Shown here: positions 1-15,869 of the stretch, piece by piece
How the letters are laid out: the number at the start of each line of letters is the position of its first letter
How positions within the stretch are numbered: the first letter of the stretch is position 1
NCBI RefSeq assembly: GCF_009914755.1
Contig: NC_060942.1
DNA length: 64,000 bases
Reading direction: 5' to 3' (one strand)
Origin: the human T2T-CHM13v2.0 reference genome, Homo sapiens
Made by a program: the position numbers and the translations under genes
Notes under the pieces: model-generated
Database searches by the model: none
Told to the model about the DNA's origin: nothing
The model's input: the letters and a program-made list of their open reading frames with translations, nothing else

Positions 1-660
1 ACTCTGCTAAGCACGAGGACCCAGAGAAGAAGGATGGTTTCTGCTTTGGGGAGCTCTCCATCTAGGAGGGAGAGTGATTCACGAACACATTATTTCAAAA
101 CAATGTGGCAAATTAAGGGGTAGAAAAAATGGGTCCCGAAATGCACTCGGAAGGTTTGGTTCAGCCAGATCTGATGGTTTAGGCTGCTGTTCTGATTGGA
201 CGGTACCCGGACAGAGCTGGAGTGTCAATATTTTGAGTATCCCCTGAGAGATACAAAGCAGAGTGCTGAGGAGAAAGAATCAGATCAGCCGTGGGATGGG
301 GGAGGATAGGTACCTCAGCTCTGACTTACTTAGTGATGACTTGAAAGCGGAGGAAGGAGGAAGTGAAGAGGAAGGGAAAGAGTATACCAGGCAGTGGCAT
401 CACCGTAGGCTGCATGAGTGCAAGCATGCAGAAGCCAGGTGTGCACGGATATCCCCATGGCCAAGTCCTTGAGGGTGGTGGAGAGCGGTGGGAGGCAAGG
501 TGCCCTATGAATGGTGGGTAAGCTCCAGAGGGACTTGGCCTGGTTTTTAAAAAGAGTATCTGGCACCCAAGAAAATAATGGAGTGAGGGAGTCAAGACTA
601 GAGAAGGAAGTCTGAGGTTTAGTTAGGGAATAATTGCAACTCCCTAGAAAATAGACAATC
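1..660 (-). mobile_element. L2 LINE remnant (degraded)
   Basis: Purine-rich antisense L2-like motifs (ctgctttggggagctctccatctagg...); boundaries approximate. Confidence 0.5.
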
Positions 661-750
661 CATTTTTATGGGGTGTCCCTTCATTCCCATTTCATGTATA
701 TTTCCCTCTTCATCCATAGCTTTGAGGCAAGTGACTGAAGGGCCATTCCC

Positions 751-841
751 TTCCTCCTTTTCCTCCTCCTCCTCCTCCTCTATGTCTTTTTCCTCCTCTT
801 CTCATCCTTCCTCTCCTCCTCCTTTTTCTGTTTCTTCTTTT
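751..841. repeat. CT-rich low-complexity tract
   Basis: (TCC)n/(TC)n runs seen directly. Confidence 0.85.
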
Positions 842-849
842 GTTGTGTA

Positions 850-1160
850 CTTTTTATTTTGAAATAATCTCTATAGACTCACCAGAAGTTGCCTAAATGG
901 TACAGAGCCCTCTTTAACTCTCACCCAGCCTTCATCCAATAATATCATCTTACTTAATTTTAGTATAGTATCAAAACTAAGAAACCGTCATTGGAACAAA
1001 ACTGTTAAGCAGGCTACAGACTACTCAGATTTCATGTTTCTACATGCATCTATGTGTGTCTGTGTAGTTGTATGCAATTTTATCACGTATGTGTCTTCGG
1101 GTGACCTCCACCCTCATCAAGATACATAATGGTGCCATCACCCCCAGGGACCTCCTGCAC
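850..1160 (-). mobile_element. Old L1M (L1MC/ME-type) 3' end fragment
   Basis: tttgaaataat...agactcaccagaagttgc...agtatagtatcaaaactaagaaa resembles the antisense L1MC 3' UTR. Confidence 0.6.
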
Positions 1161-2930
1161 TGCTCTTCACAGCTTCACCACCCCCTCCCCCACCCCCCGC
1201 CCCTGCCGCCCACCCTGTCCTGAAGATCCACTCTGATGAGCTAAGCTATGGGGTTCAAACAGTTGCTGACACCAAAAGGAAGAAAAATATGCTTCTTGGC
1301 ACATAGAAACCTTTGACTTTTTGCACTCTCTCCATATGGGTCAGGCTTAACCCCTGGAGGTTATGAATGTCATGGTGGACTCTGTGCTTTGGCCTGAAGC
1401 AGTATGTGTTGCTATTCCTGAGTCTGAGAGCGGCTGATATTCGTGCCTGGGCTGCAGCCTTTCTTTAAAGCACCTTCTTTATGAGATCTCTCATATCCTC
1501 AGGGCAGGACAAAACTGGGGGTTAGTCAGCAATGGACATGATGATTTTAACATATGCTAGAGGTGCACAAGAAGTAATTATTATGTGGCCTAGTGCACAT
1601 TTATTTTACAGACGTCATTGTTCTCGTATTTCTTTTAAAAAGCCCATTCCTTCCCAAATGGTGAATCATTTGTTCAATAATAACTTCTCATTCTCTCAGT
1701 CTATTGTGTACTTGAAATTCATAAATATCACTTATGTACAGACTGACCTCACCATAGATGCATTCCTGAATGTATATATAAGCCAGATATTTCAGTATTC
1801 AATTGTAAGTATAGCAAGTCAAAGTGATTGTAGTTTTGGAGATGTCATAATAGCAGCTTAGATTTGAAATCGTCTTGAGATATCATCTGGTATAGGTTTT
1901 GCTTTACTTAGGAATCACTTCTCCAAAGCACTGATGTTCATGGATGTTTGGGGATAGGAGTTCATGGCTCGTGGGGCCACGGATCACTCCATGTCAGAGA
2001 CTGAATCATTTGCTAGTTCCCTTTTTAAAAATCCAATTTGGATCCCACAGAGGAGAAAAAAAGAAAAAAAAAGAAAATGCAAAATATTCTATCATATACA
2101 TTTTCTTTATTGGTTTGTCCTTTTGATCTACTCAGGATAAATGAAATTTCTTCCACAAACGGTCTTGCTGGTTATTTGAAAGCAGTTCTTGCATTTCCTT
2201 GAAGCATTCTCTTTCTAGTATAAACACCATTGTTTCCTTTAACTGGTCCTCCAGGCCCTCATTCCCCAGACTCTGCCATCCCATCACTTCCTCAGGATGT
2301 ACTCTGGAGTACCCCATGTCACCCTTTAATCTGATATCATGTTTTCTCTGTTATCACAAACAGAAAAACAACAACAAAATTTGACTGACCTAACTATATA
2401 AACCACACGTAGGACATTAAACATTTTCAACAGAATCCTGCTTTTGTGATGTAAAATCTCTACTTTTAATTTTCCCTATGGTTCCTGTAAGAAAAGTTGG
2501 TCATATAAATACTTCATCCACATAGTAAGCACTTTATAAAGGTTCACTTTTATTATTATTATTAATTTAAAACAACTAATACTATGCATTAAAAAAAACA
2601 GCACAGATAATGTCTCTAGTGGGAAGAGGGGCAAAGCCGGGCATTTGAGGGCACAGACACACGGAAAAGGAAATCTGAGAAAACTAAAGCAGCTTCCCAC
2701 ATCTTAACTTCAGTCAGGTCATAATCAAGCTTTCCTGACTCACTAAAGAGGTTCTGCCCTCCGAGGGGTGAATAGTCAAAATCAATTCACTGCTGACATG
2801 CGTGCATGACAATCTTATTTCTTTGCATTCCTGAGATGAAAGCCTAATTGAGCGTTGTTTTAAAACTATTGTTATTTTAAGACAAAGAGGAGTAAAGTTA
2901 TATTTTTACACTTTAGTGATAATTTTTATG

Positions 2931-3055
2931 ATCTTCTGTGGTTTCTAAGTGTGATGATTGGGTTTTCACACAGTTGTGTGAGGTGTGCCACCTTCAAACC
3001 TTGTTATGACGTCGGCACTTACCCATCTGACAAGAAGAAAGGAAAAAAACAAGAA
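2931..3055 (+). pseudogene. U13 snoRNA (SNORD13-family) processed pseudogene with A-rich tail
   Basis: 2931-3031 aligns colinearly with U13 (atc-ttctgtggtttctaagtgtgatgattgggttttcacacagttgtgtgaggtgtgccaccttcaaaccttgttatgacgtcggcacttacccatctgac). Box C-like GTGATGA at 2951-2957, box D CTGA at 3027-3030, A-rich tail, TSD ataattttta at 2919-2928 and 3056-3065. Confidence 0.92.
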
Positions 3056-3103
3056 ATAATTTTTAGGTACTAAGACAAATGTTTTCTTTGTGTGTGTTGC
3101 CTC

Positions 3104-3421
<318 letters not shown>

Positions 3422-3427
3422 TTATGA

Positions 3428-4207
3428 TTATTTTTTTAAATTTTAGACTTAAGGGTGCATGTGCAGGTTTATTACATGGGTACTTTGTGTGATGCTGAGG
3501 TTTGGGCTTCTACTGATTTCATCACCCAAACAGTGAACATAGTATCTAATAGGTAGATTTTTAACCTCACTCCCTCTCCTCCACCCTTTGGAGTACCCAG
3601 GGTCTATTGTTCCCATCTTTGTGTCCATGTGTACCCAATGTTTAGCTCCCTTTTATAAGTGAGAACATGCAGTATTTGGTTTTCTGTTCCTGTGTCAATT
3701 TGCTCAGGATAATGGCTTCCCGCTGCATCCATGTTGCTGCAAAGGACATGATTTTGTTCTTTTTTATGGCTGTGTAGTATTCCATGGTGTATTTATGCCA
3801 TATTTAAAAAATAAAATCCGTCATTGATGGGCACCTAATTGATTGCATGTCTTTGTTATCATGAATAGGGCTGCAATGAACAAACATTTGGTAGAACAAT
3901 TTATTTTCTTCTGGGTATATACTCAGATATGAGATTGCTGAGTTGAATGGAAGTTCTATTTTTAGTTCTTCAAAAAAATCTCCAAACTGTTTTCCACAGG
4001 GGCTGAACTAATTTACATCCCTAACAACAATGTATAAGTGTTCTCTCTTTTCTCCACAACCTTGCCAACATCTGTCATTTCTGGACTTTTTATTAAAAAT
4101 AGCTATCCTGGCTGATGTGAGATGGTATCTCATTGTTGTTTTGATTTGCATCTCTTCTGATGATTAGTGATGAACATTTTTCTATATGTTTGTTGGCTGC
4201 TTGTATG
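3428..4207 (-). mobile_element. L1PB/L1MA-type 3' end, 5'-truncated
   Basis: Antisense L1 3' UTR and ORF2 end (ataagtgagaacatgcagtatttggttttctg..., gtgagatggtatctcattg). Probable TSD taagacaa(a/g)tg(t/c)tttc at 3071-3086 and 4208-4223. Confidence 0.9.
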
Positions 4208-4266
4208 TAAGACAAGTGCTTTCCTGTTTGACTAAAAAATACTGGTATCAAGAGTCAGTTATTCAT

Positions 4267-4584
<318 letters not shown>

Positions 4585-4644
4585 TTATTCTTGCTTAAAG
4601 TGATACTAGGTCATATTAATAAACAGAATTAAATTCCTATTTAT

Positions 4645-5215
4645 ATTTTAAGTAGTTGACTTAGAAATAAGTTAAAACTTACAGAGGAATTACAAGAACA
4701 GTGCAAAGAACTGACATATGTCCCCAATCAGATTCCCCGACTGAATTCTACATCCTTCACAGCTATTGACTGTTAATATTTCACTATATATGTTCCATTA
4801 CCATTTATTTCTCTCTCTCTCTTTCTCTTTCTTCCCATTTCTAATGGTTATTCCTAGTCTTTTTCTGACCATTTAAGAATCAGCTGTGGACATAATGCCC
4901 CATAACCCCTAAATATTCCAGAGTATGTTTCCCCAAAACTTTTCTATATATTCACTAAATGACTTTCCAACTATCTACATATTCACTAATGAATTTCTGA
5001 CTCAGCATTGAAATCAACTACTGCACTGTCCACAGATCTCATTCAGTTTTGGTCAACTGTCCCATCAGTGTCTCTTTTTTGTTTCTGGTCCAGAATCCAT
5101 CCAGAAATGCATGATGCATTTAGTTGTCCTGTTTTTTCCATATTTGCCGGTCTTGAACAATTCCTTACTCTTTCTCTCTTTGTAATTCCCCACTCTTGAC
5201 AGTCTTAAAGAGGAT
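4645..5215 (-). mobile_element. Old L1MC-type 3' end fragment
   Basis: ttagaaataagttaaaacttacagagg...cccctaaatattccagagtatg...gcatttagttgtc. Confidence 0.6.
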
Positions 5216-5901
5216 AGGCTTTCTCTTCCTTAGGACTATTACCTTTTCATGTATTCTCTCTTTTGTTGTGTCTAGACTAGAGTTTATCCCATTGATTTGT
5301 TATTATACTAATAACTGTATTTTTCATTTCTAAGATTTTTCATTATCTATATTAATTTGTTCATGTTTCATTCCTATTTTTGCCTCATAATTTCTTCTGC
5401 TTTTTAAATGAAAATTATTCCATTATTTGAGCTATATGTACTATACATATCACATATATGTTGTTCTATAACATAAATTTAAGTTGGCATGAATTTGATT
5501 CTGATTGTTGATTTTGTTGACTTTTCTTTCATTGAATTAGTCTTTCTCCCCTTGGCTTGCCCCTCTCTCTAGTGGTTTTGAGGGTTCCTCCACCAATTCT
5601 CTGGGTTCCTAGGCTCATATGGCTTTTAGAACACTGGTACTGATGAGATTTGGTGATATCACAGATACAGTCACAGAGCTGCCAGGCAGCTTTGCTCAGT
5701 TCTTGGTATCTGTGTCCTTTTGTCCTCCAGGGCCTGTGGTTTGCTAAAAACGTTAGCCTCAGGCAGTGGTAGACACCAGTTTGTTTGTTTTTTTCCTTTC
5801 CTCCTCTATTCATTTCAGTAGTAGAGTGGCCTTAGCCAGCCCCAGTCTTCAACATTGTGTAGCACAGCAGTTGGATTCCTGCCTGGCCTCCTGTCTTGTA
5901 G

Positions 5902-6627
<726 letters not shown>

Positions 6628-6869
6628 GAGAATAGGCTGTATCTTTTAGCTTTCTATTTTTATATCTTACCTGTCATCATTTTATGCTTGGGACTTAGGA
6701 ATGAGATAAGAGTGCTGTAGACTTCAGGTAATGCATCCTAACAGCGGCCCCAGACCCACCTGCCGGATCTCTCATGCGGACTTTCTGCAAGAGCTTCCCT
6801 GTGAGGGGTCTGATTTACATTTGCCCTTACAAATCTGTTTTCCATTAAAAGTGCACATGAAAAAATGAT

Positions 6870-7895
6870 GTCCTTCTCTAACTTAAAATTCTCTTGGTAT
6901 CCCTTGCTCTAAAGTGCAAAATCTTTTAACACAGTTTACAAGGTCCGTGGGATCCGGCCCTGCCTCCATTCCAGATTTCTTGGTACTACTTCCTCCTGCA
7001 TCCTGAACCTCTGCTCTCCAACAACGTTGGCCCTCCTTTAGCTCCTGGAACCACTGGCCTCTCACACTTCAGAGCCTGCACACAGCCTTCTCCTCTGCTT
7101 GCAACCCTCTCTCCTCCTTTGCATCCTCATCCCTGACCTCCTGGATACATCCTGTTTACCTGCTAGACGTCAGCTGGATGTCTTGACCTCAGGGAGACAT
7201 CCCTCCACTTCCAGCTTGGGTGACCTTGTAATATACTGTCAAGGGGCCCTGTACTTTTTGTTCAGATACCTGAATATATTAATTGGTATAACTTATTCAC
7301 ATTTATTCATGTGATTATTTGTTGATCTTCGAGGGGTTTTTTCACCCCTATATGCCCGGCACCCAGCACCACGTGTGGATTTTCACAGCTCACGCCAGAT
7401 TCCAGGAAGCAAGGGTGAGTTATTTAAGGCGTCAGGTGGTCTCGGCCCTGCTTCCCCTCTCATCTCCCCTGTTACCACTTTCCTCCTCACTGTCTCTTCT
7501 TCAGGACACCCATGGGCCGACTAGTATTTCCCCAAACCCAGCAGTCATGCTCCTGTGTCCAGGCCCTGGTGGTTTCTGTCACGTTATTTGAAACACTGCC
7601 AAAAGAGCCTGCAGCTCACTCCCTGCAGAGTGCTCCCATCACCTCCTCACTGAGGCCTTCCTTGACTGGCCTATTTAAAATGGTAACCCATTCACTTCCC
7701 TGCATCACTCTCCTCTGTGGCCCTTGGCACTGTGCAAAATTCTACATCCTTCATGTCTATCATTGGCCTCCCCTGAGAAGGAAGCGTTGTGATGGCAGAG
7801 AGTTCTGTGGGGCTCATCGATGGCTCCTTGGCACTTAGCACATGCCTGATGCGTGGCAGGTGCCACACAGGTGTTTGTTAATTGAAGGAATGAGT
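6870..7895 (+). mobile_element. L2 LINE 3' fragments
   Basis: C/T-rich L2 body; ends in gtgtttgttaattgaaggaatga, like the L2 3' terminus. Confidence 0.7.
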
Positions 7896-8129
7896 TGCCT
7901 ACCCCCACTCTGATTTAATATTTGCTTTGCTCCTATTGATCAGGAAAGAAGGCCTGATTACACCTGCTATCTGCCTAAGGTATTTTTTCATCTCCTTCAT
8001 GATATCAAAATATTCTTATTCATTTTTATTCCTTGAAGCCTAACAGACATTTCCTGAGTATGCGTTTGGTTTTATGCTGCTGAGATGTTCCTCTTGAGAA
8101 AACACACATTTCTGTTTCTTTTCTTTTAG

Positions 8130-8220
8130 GTCTTAAAATGGTAACGAAGAGACTGGAGGGATGTCCCTGCAGAGATAACATTCAAATCCTAGAGAGCAGG
8201 TGCAGATGCAGGATTTGAAG
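8130..8220 (+). other. Candidate non-coding exon (91 nt)
   Basis: Long polypyrimidine acceptor tttctgtttcttttcttttAG (8128-8129) and donor AAG|GTGGGG; no transcript evidence. Confidence 0.3.
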
Positions 8221-8846
8221 GTGGGGCTTCTTGTGGCTATAGAATTAGTTTAAAAAATAATAAAAGAGGAGTAGGAAGACATCCTGCCACCTAGCATCAT
8301 TTGTAGCCAGAAGCACGGCCATGGTGGAGGCTCACTTCTCAGTGCCCTTGCGGCTGCCACCAGCCCCAGCTGTGGCAGATGCTCCCCTAGGCCTGCGCAC
8401 CCCCTCCCTCCCACATGCCATGGGATGGCAACAGCCGCTCATGCTCCAGGCTTTGGCAGGTTGAGGTGGAAGAGTCTGTTTTCACAGGTGCAGCCTGCAG
8501 CCCAAGGTTGAAATTTGGCTTAGAGCATGTCCCTGAGTATAAAGCTAAGCTTCTTTTGTAATGAATACTAAAAACAAAAACAAAAACAAAAACCTCCCCC
8601 TAAAATCCTGAAACAGGTTGTAGGGCCCTGGAGACCTTAGGACCCAAGGATGTCCCTGCCCTCCATTGTCACAAAGAAAATTTCTTTTTGCTCCAGACAG
8701 AAACTGATAATTGTGATTACTTCTGAAATCTATTGTTTAGTTTGAAATATGTAGGAATTGAGGAAAAAGGCTCTTTTCTCCCCTCCTAAGCTTCCTTCTA
8801 GCGGAGCTCCCCCAGTCACAAGGATTCTTTGCCTTTTCATCTTTAG

Positions 8847-9266
<420 letters not shown>

Positions 9267-9419
9267 TTAGAAGAGCTGGAGCATGAAGAGACTTCTGATT
9301 GTCGAGACCCGAGGCATTAACACAGAAATGCAGTGACGTGTGATGGCTAGATGAAAATCCTTCTGGAGTGAAGGTGACAGTCTAAATGTTCCACTGATAT
9401 TACAAATACACACCTATTA

Positions 9420-9605
9420 TAATGTGCCAGGAATTTAAAAAAAGTTTTAAAGTGTTAACATTACTTCGTTTAGTCCTTAGAAAATTCTACACAATAGATA
9501 TTAATATTAACCTTCTTGTACAGGGACAACAATGGCTTTGGGGTCTTGCCCAAGGCATCCTGTTAAGAAATGGCAGAATTAGCAGGCAACCCAGACAGCC
9601 TGAGT
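9420..9605 (-). mobile_element. MIR remnant
   Basis: atgtgccagg...cttgcccaagg...tggcagaattag antisense MIR motifs. Confidence 0.55.
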
Positions 9606-10357
9606 CTTGAGTCTGACTCTTCATCACCTCACTTTGCTGTCTCAAAGTTCCTTCCAGGCCTGTGGTTGGTGGTCTCCAGTTAGATGTGTTCTTCCCCTTT
9701 TGTGGGAAGCTGAGCATGGACACCATGCCCTTACTCCTGGCACAATGGCAAAAGAGCTTGGCCACTTTCCCCTCCCTGCTGGCACCTATCACATGCTTGA
9801 GGGAAAAGGAGCTGCTGTCCTTACCTGGGAGTGAACCTCCTTTCTTGGCTGTTCCCGGTTGGCTGGGAGTCCTTTGAGTTTCAGGATTCCAGTGCCTCCT
9901 CCCACATCACAAACATGTTACACTGGAATACCTGTTCTCTTGGTTATGTGCTTGCAAATATCCCTCACTTGGGATGAAGGCGAAAGTCCTACCTTTCGCC
10001 TGGTTGGTAATCCTGGCCCTGATGTATGCAGGATCCATGCAGCGCAGTAGGCGCTCCAGAAAAGCATCCCTTTGTGATAGGAACAGATACAGTGACATAA
10101 TCCCCTGGCATCCAAAGCAGAACAGGCTGTACTTTTTAGAAATAGCATATTCACCTCTCACTCAGTTATTTTAGGGTCCACACACCATGAGCTGTCACCA
10201 GGAACCTCCTGAACTTCTGGGGTGACTGAAGGTGTCCAGCGAGGCGACGTCATCCCATGCTCTCGGTACACAAGGTCAGGAGGCTGGAGGCACTCAGGGG
10301 CTGCAGCCTATCAGGTCTGTAAATAGCAGCAGCCAGGCTCGTGTTCTCTTCCTTTAG

Positions 10358-10435
10358 TGCACTTCGGCATTTCTAATCAGCTCCAGAGAGAACGAGACAT
10401 ATTCTCCATGGAGTGAACTCCAGGCCACTCTGGAG
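10358..10435 (+). other. Candidate exon (78 nt)
   Basis: Acceptor gttctcttcctttAG and donor GAG|GTGAGC. Open in one frame (CTSAFLISSRENETYSPWSELQATLE); protein not recognised. Confidence 0.3.
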
Positions 10436-10650
10436 GTGAGCTCATGGGAGTTTTTATGATATGTCCAATCATCCAAAAGGAGAATGGGGCTTGCCCTGAG
10501 TGTCTGGGGAAGAGCCGTTCTGCCCTTGGTTGCCAAACTGCTGGCTTTTGGTGTGGGCACTAAGGAGGTATGGTCTGTAGCAGTTTCTTGTGGGTATCCA
10601 TGTCCCATACCTTCAGGGAACTACAAATATGGGATTAGAATAATGTGGTG

Positions 10651-10946
<296 letters not shown>

Positions 10947-11554
10947 TAATGTAGGTCTTGATATTGAAACAGGAGTCTGTATGATGGAAGGAAGAGTGGT
11001 GGGCATGGGGAGACAGCCAGCCTAGCCCCGCCACTTTCCTCTGGGCAGCCTTGGGAAGTGCTCTGTTCTCTCCACTGTGCTGCAGACGCTCAACCAGGCA
11101 CTTTACTTAATTTTGATAGCAGCCTTTCCTGCCAACTTCACATATCAAATGATATGATGCCTATGAAAGAACAAGAGAAGCCATATAGCAATATTCACAT
11201 GCACATGGGAGATGCTGTTAATATTTATTTAGTTTGTTGAGTTTAGGGTTATTCTCTTCCTATGTTGCCAACGCCTTCCTGGCTTATTGCCAAAACTCTT
11301 CTTTTGTTTGCAGAAAATAAATATGACCCTGCTGGCTCTACCTTGCTCAAAAGAGTATCCATTTATTATTTGCTCTGTTCATTCATTCATTCATTCATTC
11401 ACGTATTCATCAGATTTGCTTGTGACAGTGGCAGGTCTTGAGAGTGGTAAAGTCTTAGACAATTTTAGAATTCAATAAGGAAGAATGTAAAAATAATTGT
11501 AATACAAAGTGAGAATGTTATAATGGAATCGTGTGCAAAATGTTTCAGAACACA

Positions 11555-12050
11555 CAAAACTTACACACAGTGTTCATAGCAGCATTATTCATAATAGTCA
11601 AAAGAATGGAAACCACCCAAATGTCTACCAGCTGATGGATGAACAGATGGACAATGTGTTATATCCATACAATGGAATATATTACTCAGCAATTAAAATC
11701 AATGAAGTACTGACACATGTATTGTATGGATAAATCTTAAAAACATGCTAAGTGAAAGAAGCCAGCCACGAAAGACCACATATTGTATGATTCCTTTTAT
11801 GTGAGCTATGCAAGTCCATACTGACAGAATTCCCTTTATGTGGCAAGTCCACAGAGACATTAAGTAGATGAATAGGTGCCTGGGGCTGGGGCAGAGAGAG
11901 GAAGAGTGATTACTGCTAATGAGAAATGGTTTTTTTAGGGGCCATGAAAATATTTTCAAATTAGATTGTGGTAATAGTTGCATACCCTATAATACACTGA
12001 GAACTCTTCAATAGGTGAATTTACTGTATGTGAATTAGATCTCATTAAAA
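11555..12050 (+). mobile_element. L1MB/L1ME-type 3' end
   Basis: gttcatagcagcattattcataatag...atgctaagtgaaagaagccag...ttagattgtggtaatagttgca. Confidence 0.85.
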
Positions 12051-12095
12051 TCTTTAGAAAATGCTGTGGGAATATTGAAGAGAGATTAGTTTTGA

Positions 12096-12745
<650 letters not shown>

Positions 12746-12747
12746 CA

Positions 12748-13040
12748 TTTTTTTTTTTTTGAGTTGGAGTCTTGCTCTGTTGCCCAGGCTGGAGTGCAGT
12801 GGCACAATCTCTGCTCACTGCAGCCTCTGCCTCCGGGTTCAAATGATTCTCCTGCCTCAGCCTCTCGAGTAGCTGGGATTACAGGCACCTGCCACCATGC
12901 CCGGCTACTTTTTGTATTTTTAGTAGAGATGGGGTTTCACCATGTTGTCCAGGCTTGTCTTGAACTCCTGACCTCAGGGGATCTGCCCACCTCAGCCTCC
13001 CAAAGTGCTGGGATTACAGGTGTGAGCCACTGTACCAGGC
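12748..13040 (-). mobile_element. AluS
   Basis: Antisense dimer; flanked by accatg(g/c)cc(a/c)gc duplication. Confidence 0.95.
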
Positions 13041-13069
13041 TACCATGCCCCGCTTTGAATCAGCTCTTG

Positions 13070-13800
13070 AGAGGCAAATTTGCCAAGTGAAAAGTGTGGG
13101 AAAGCATCCTAAACAGACGCAGTACTATCTGGAAGCATGGAGGAAGGAAAAAGAGGGTGCATCTGAGGAAGAGCAGGAAGGTGGGTATGGCTGGAGTGTA
13201 GGTGCATACTGGTGGCGAGGGGCAGAAGATGAGGCCAAAGGGAGGGAAGGGGCTGGATTGTGAAAGGCATTTTGTGTGTGCCAAGGAGTTGGTCAATGTC
13301 TTGTCAATAGTGGAAAGTCACTGTAGGGCTTTAGTCACTGATGAGGGTGTCATGATCAGGTTTAAGTTGTAGAAGGCAATGAAGATGATGGTTTACAGTG
13401 GGGGCGAGTTATGTGGCTTTTGTTGTGGTCCAGGTAGAAAATAATAGTCTTGGATTAATATAGAGTGAAATGGATTGAAAACATTTTTGGGGGACAGAAT
13501 AGTTAGGACCTGATGGCCAATCATTTTTGAGTGAGAAGAAGGAAAAGGAGGAGAAGGAGGAGAGGGAGGAGAAGGAGGAGGAGGAGTGGGGGAGGAGGGG
13601 AATGAGGGGGAAGAGGAGGAGAAGAAAGACATACAGTATTGTAGCTTGGATAATTGGGTGGGTGGTAGTATCCTAGACAAAAGCAGAATACAGCATAGGC
13701 AGACAGATTTGGGAATAGAGGCCATGAGTTTAGTTTTAGAGATGTTGAGTTTGAGAATCCTTTGAGATATCCAGGTACAAATGCTCAGAAAGCAGTTGGG
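13070..13800 (-). mobile_element. L2 LINE with internal GA-rich tract (13535-13628)
   Basis: gagtttagttttagagatgttgagtttgag...gatatccag is a typical antisense L2 motif. Confidence 0.8.
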
Positions 13801-15803
13801 AATGATTGTAATCATTACAAATCAGAACAGCAACAAAACCTGCCTACTGTCTATCAGCCACTATGCTAGGTACTTTATATAAATATCTTTATAAGCGCCT
13901 CTACAGAAAGATATAGAGCATTATCCCCATTTTATAAATCAACAAAATCATTGAGAGGCACTCTAGAAAGAGGTACTCCAGAAACAGTGGACATATAGAT
14001 TCTTTTTCTGAAGATTTAGGGAAAAATTCACCATTAAAGAACAGTCTCCAAGCTCATCAGTGATGGCCTGACTATCACAGGTGGGGAGTTAGTCTGAGCA
14101 GTAGACAGTGGGGGCCGCGGTGTGACACTTCTTTTTTTGCCAGGACTGTACTTCCATCACCACCGAATGCTGAGCTCCAAAAGAAAACAATTTGTAAGTC
14201 TCCATATTGAGTTGGTTGTCTTGAGAGACAGTATCCCTGAGACGAAAGGTAGAAGAAGAGACATGAGACAGCTGGAAATACAAAACCTTTCCTTCTGCTT
14301 TTGGATCAGTATCTAAAAGAGTCTAGTTAAATGAAGAGCTCCTTCTTTTATTTGGCTAGCTCTTTAAACAGGCAGGTTTTCATTTTCCAAGGCCACCTCT
14401 GTGAGCCAGCTCTGCCCACCATGGGGTTGTAAACTTCTGGAGGAGAGACTCTTTGTTTTACTGTGGGGGCCCTCACAGCCCAAAGCCTCATGCCTAGATA
14501 AAGTGCTCAAGGCAGATAGTTGGAGAGAATGGGTTGCCAAGACTCTTACACCTTGGTTTTGTGCACTGCAGTTTGCTGGGGTCCACTGCAGTGTACCTAC
14601 CTCTGTACAGGGGCTTTGCTGCCCAGTTGCCTGGGGCAATGATATTGGGGATACACTGTATGTAATATTCTTGCCAAGGTCCCAATTCAATTAGGTGATT
14701 ATACTTTCACTGTTTGTGCCAAGATTCCCTGCTGTGAGTGAATCCCATTAGTACCAGCTTAGCACATGTAGGAGGCCCTCAATAAATGTTTGCTGGATTG
14801 AAATGAAAGCTTGAATATACTTGAGGAGTGACTTAAGTCCTTGGCTGACCTCAGCTAGTGAGAGCCCTTGGATGAAGTATAGAAGAGTGAAGATGGAATT
14901 TTACATTTCACAATGCCCTCTGAAACCTTCCATAATCCTCCTGTACTTCAGCTTTACTTCAAATTGATTCAACATCAAGTGAAAGATGGGATTTGAGAAG
15001 GGAGAGTAAATCCTTCAAGAATAACTTTCCCCCAAAGTAATATTTCTTTTCTAGGTATTGTGATGGCCTCTAAGAAAAATATAAATTGAATCTGGCCAAG
15101 ACAGTGACCTGGAGGAAAGCAGATAGAGAAAGGGAGACATTTGTGGAATAAGTTTTGACATAAGCTAAGAGGGCTGAGAGGAGCAGGAGCCAGGGGAGAG
15201 GGTTCTGGAGGTAGAAGGCTGTGGAGGGGGCATCTTCCATTCTCCATTCTCCTAAGACCCTGTGCCTTGTGGCTGTGTCTCATAGCTCCAGCCACCCACA
15301 TGTCACAGCTGGCAGACCTTTCAGACTGACTAAAATCTAGTACCCTTTGATTCAGAGCAGAAAAACCCACTACAGTATTTGAAAAAGAAAAAAACGCTTT
15401 TTCAGGAATCAGAAAAGACTTCTCTAGTTACATCTTAGTTCCCTGATGATCTGAGTTGGCCAGACCAGGAGTTGAGGAGGTGGTAAGTGGCAATTCAGAG
15501 AGTTCCAGCCTGAGACCTCATCCCTCCTTGCACTTTCTTCGCCACAGTCTGCTCTGATGTTTTTCTTTTTCTCTATTTCTGTCTTTGTGTTATAGCACAA
15601 TACGTCTCGGACAATTGTATGGGCTTTCTGTTGCTGCTGTGACAAAGGAGCACTAACTTGGTGGCTTAAAATAATACCCATTAATGATCTCATGGTTCTG
15701 TGGGTCAGGAGTCAAAGTGGGCTCTGCTGGGCTTTGCTCAGGAGCTCATGAGGCTGAAATCAAGAGGTTGGCTGGCTGGGCTCTTACCTGGAGGTTCTGG
15801 GGA

Positions 15804-15837
15804 TTCCTCCTCCTCCTCCTCCTCCTTTTCTTCTTTT

Positions 15838-15869
<32 letters not shown>

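Noticed and set aside
7390-7414. 25-nt micro-exon (cacAG...AGG|GTGAGT)
   Set aside because: Weak polypyrimidine tract and located between L2 fragments.
8283-8297. CTCF-like motifs here and near 29191, 51754 and 52329
   Set aside because: Each misses key core positions; not supportable from sequence alone.
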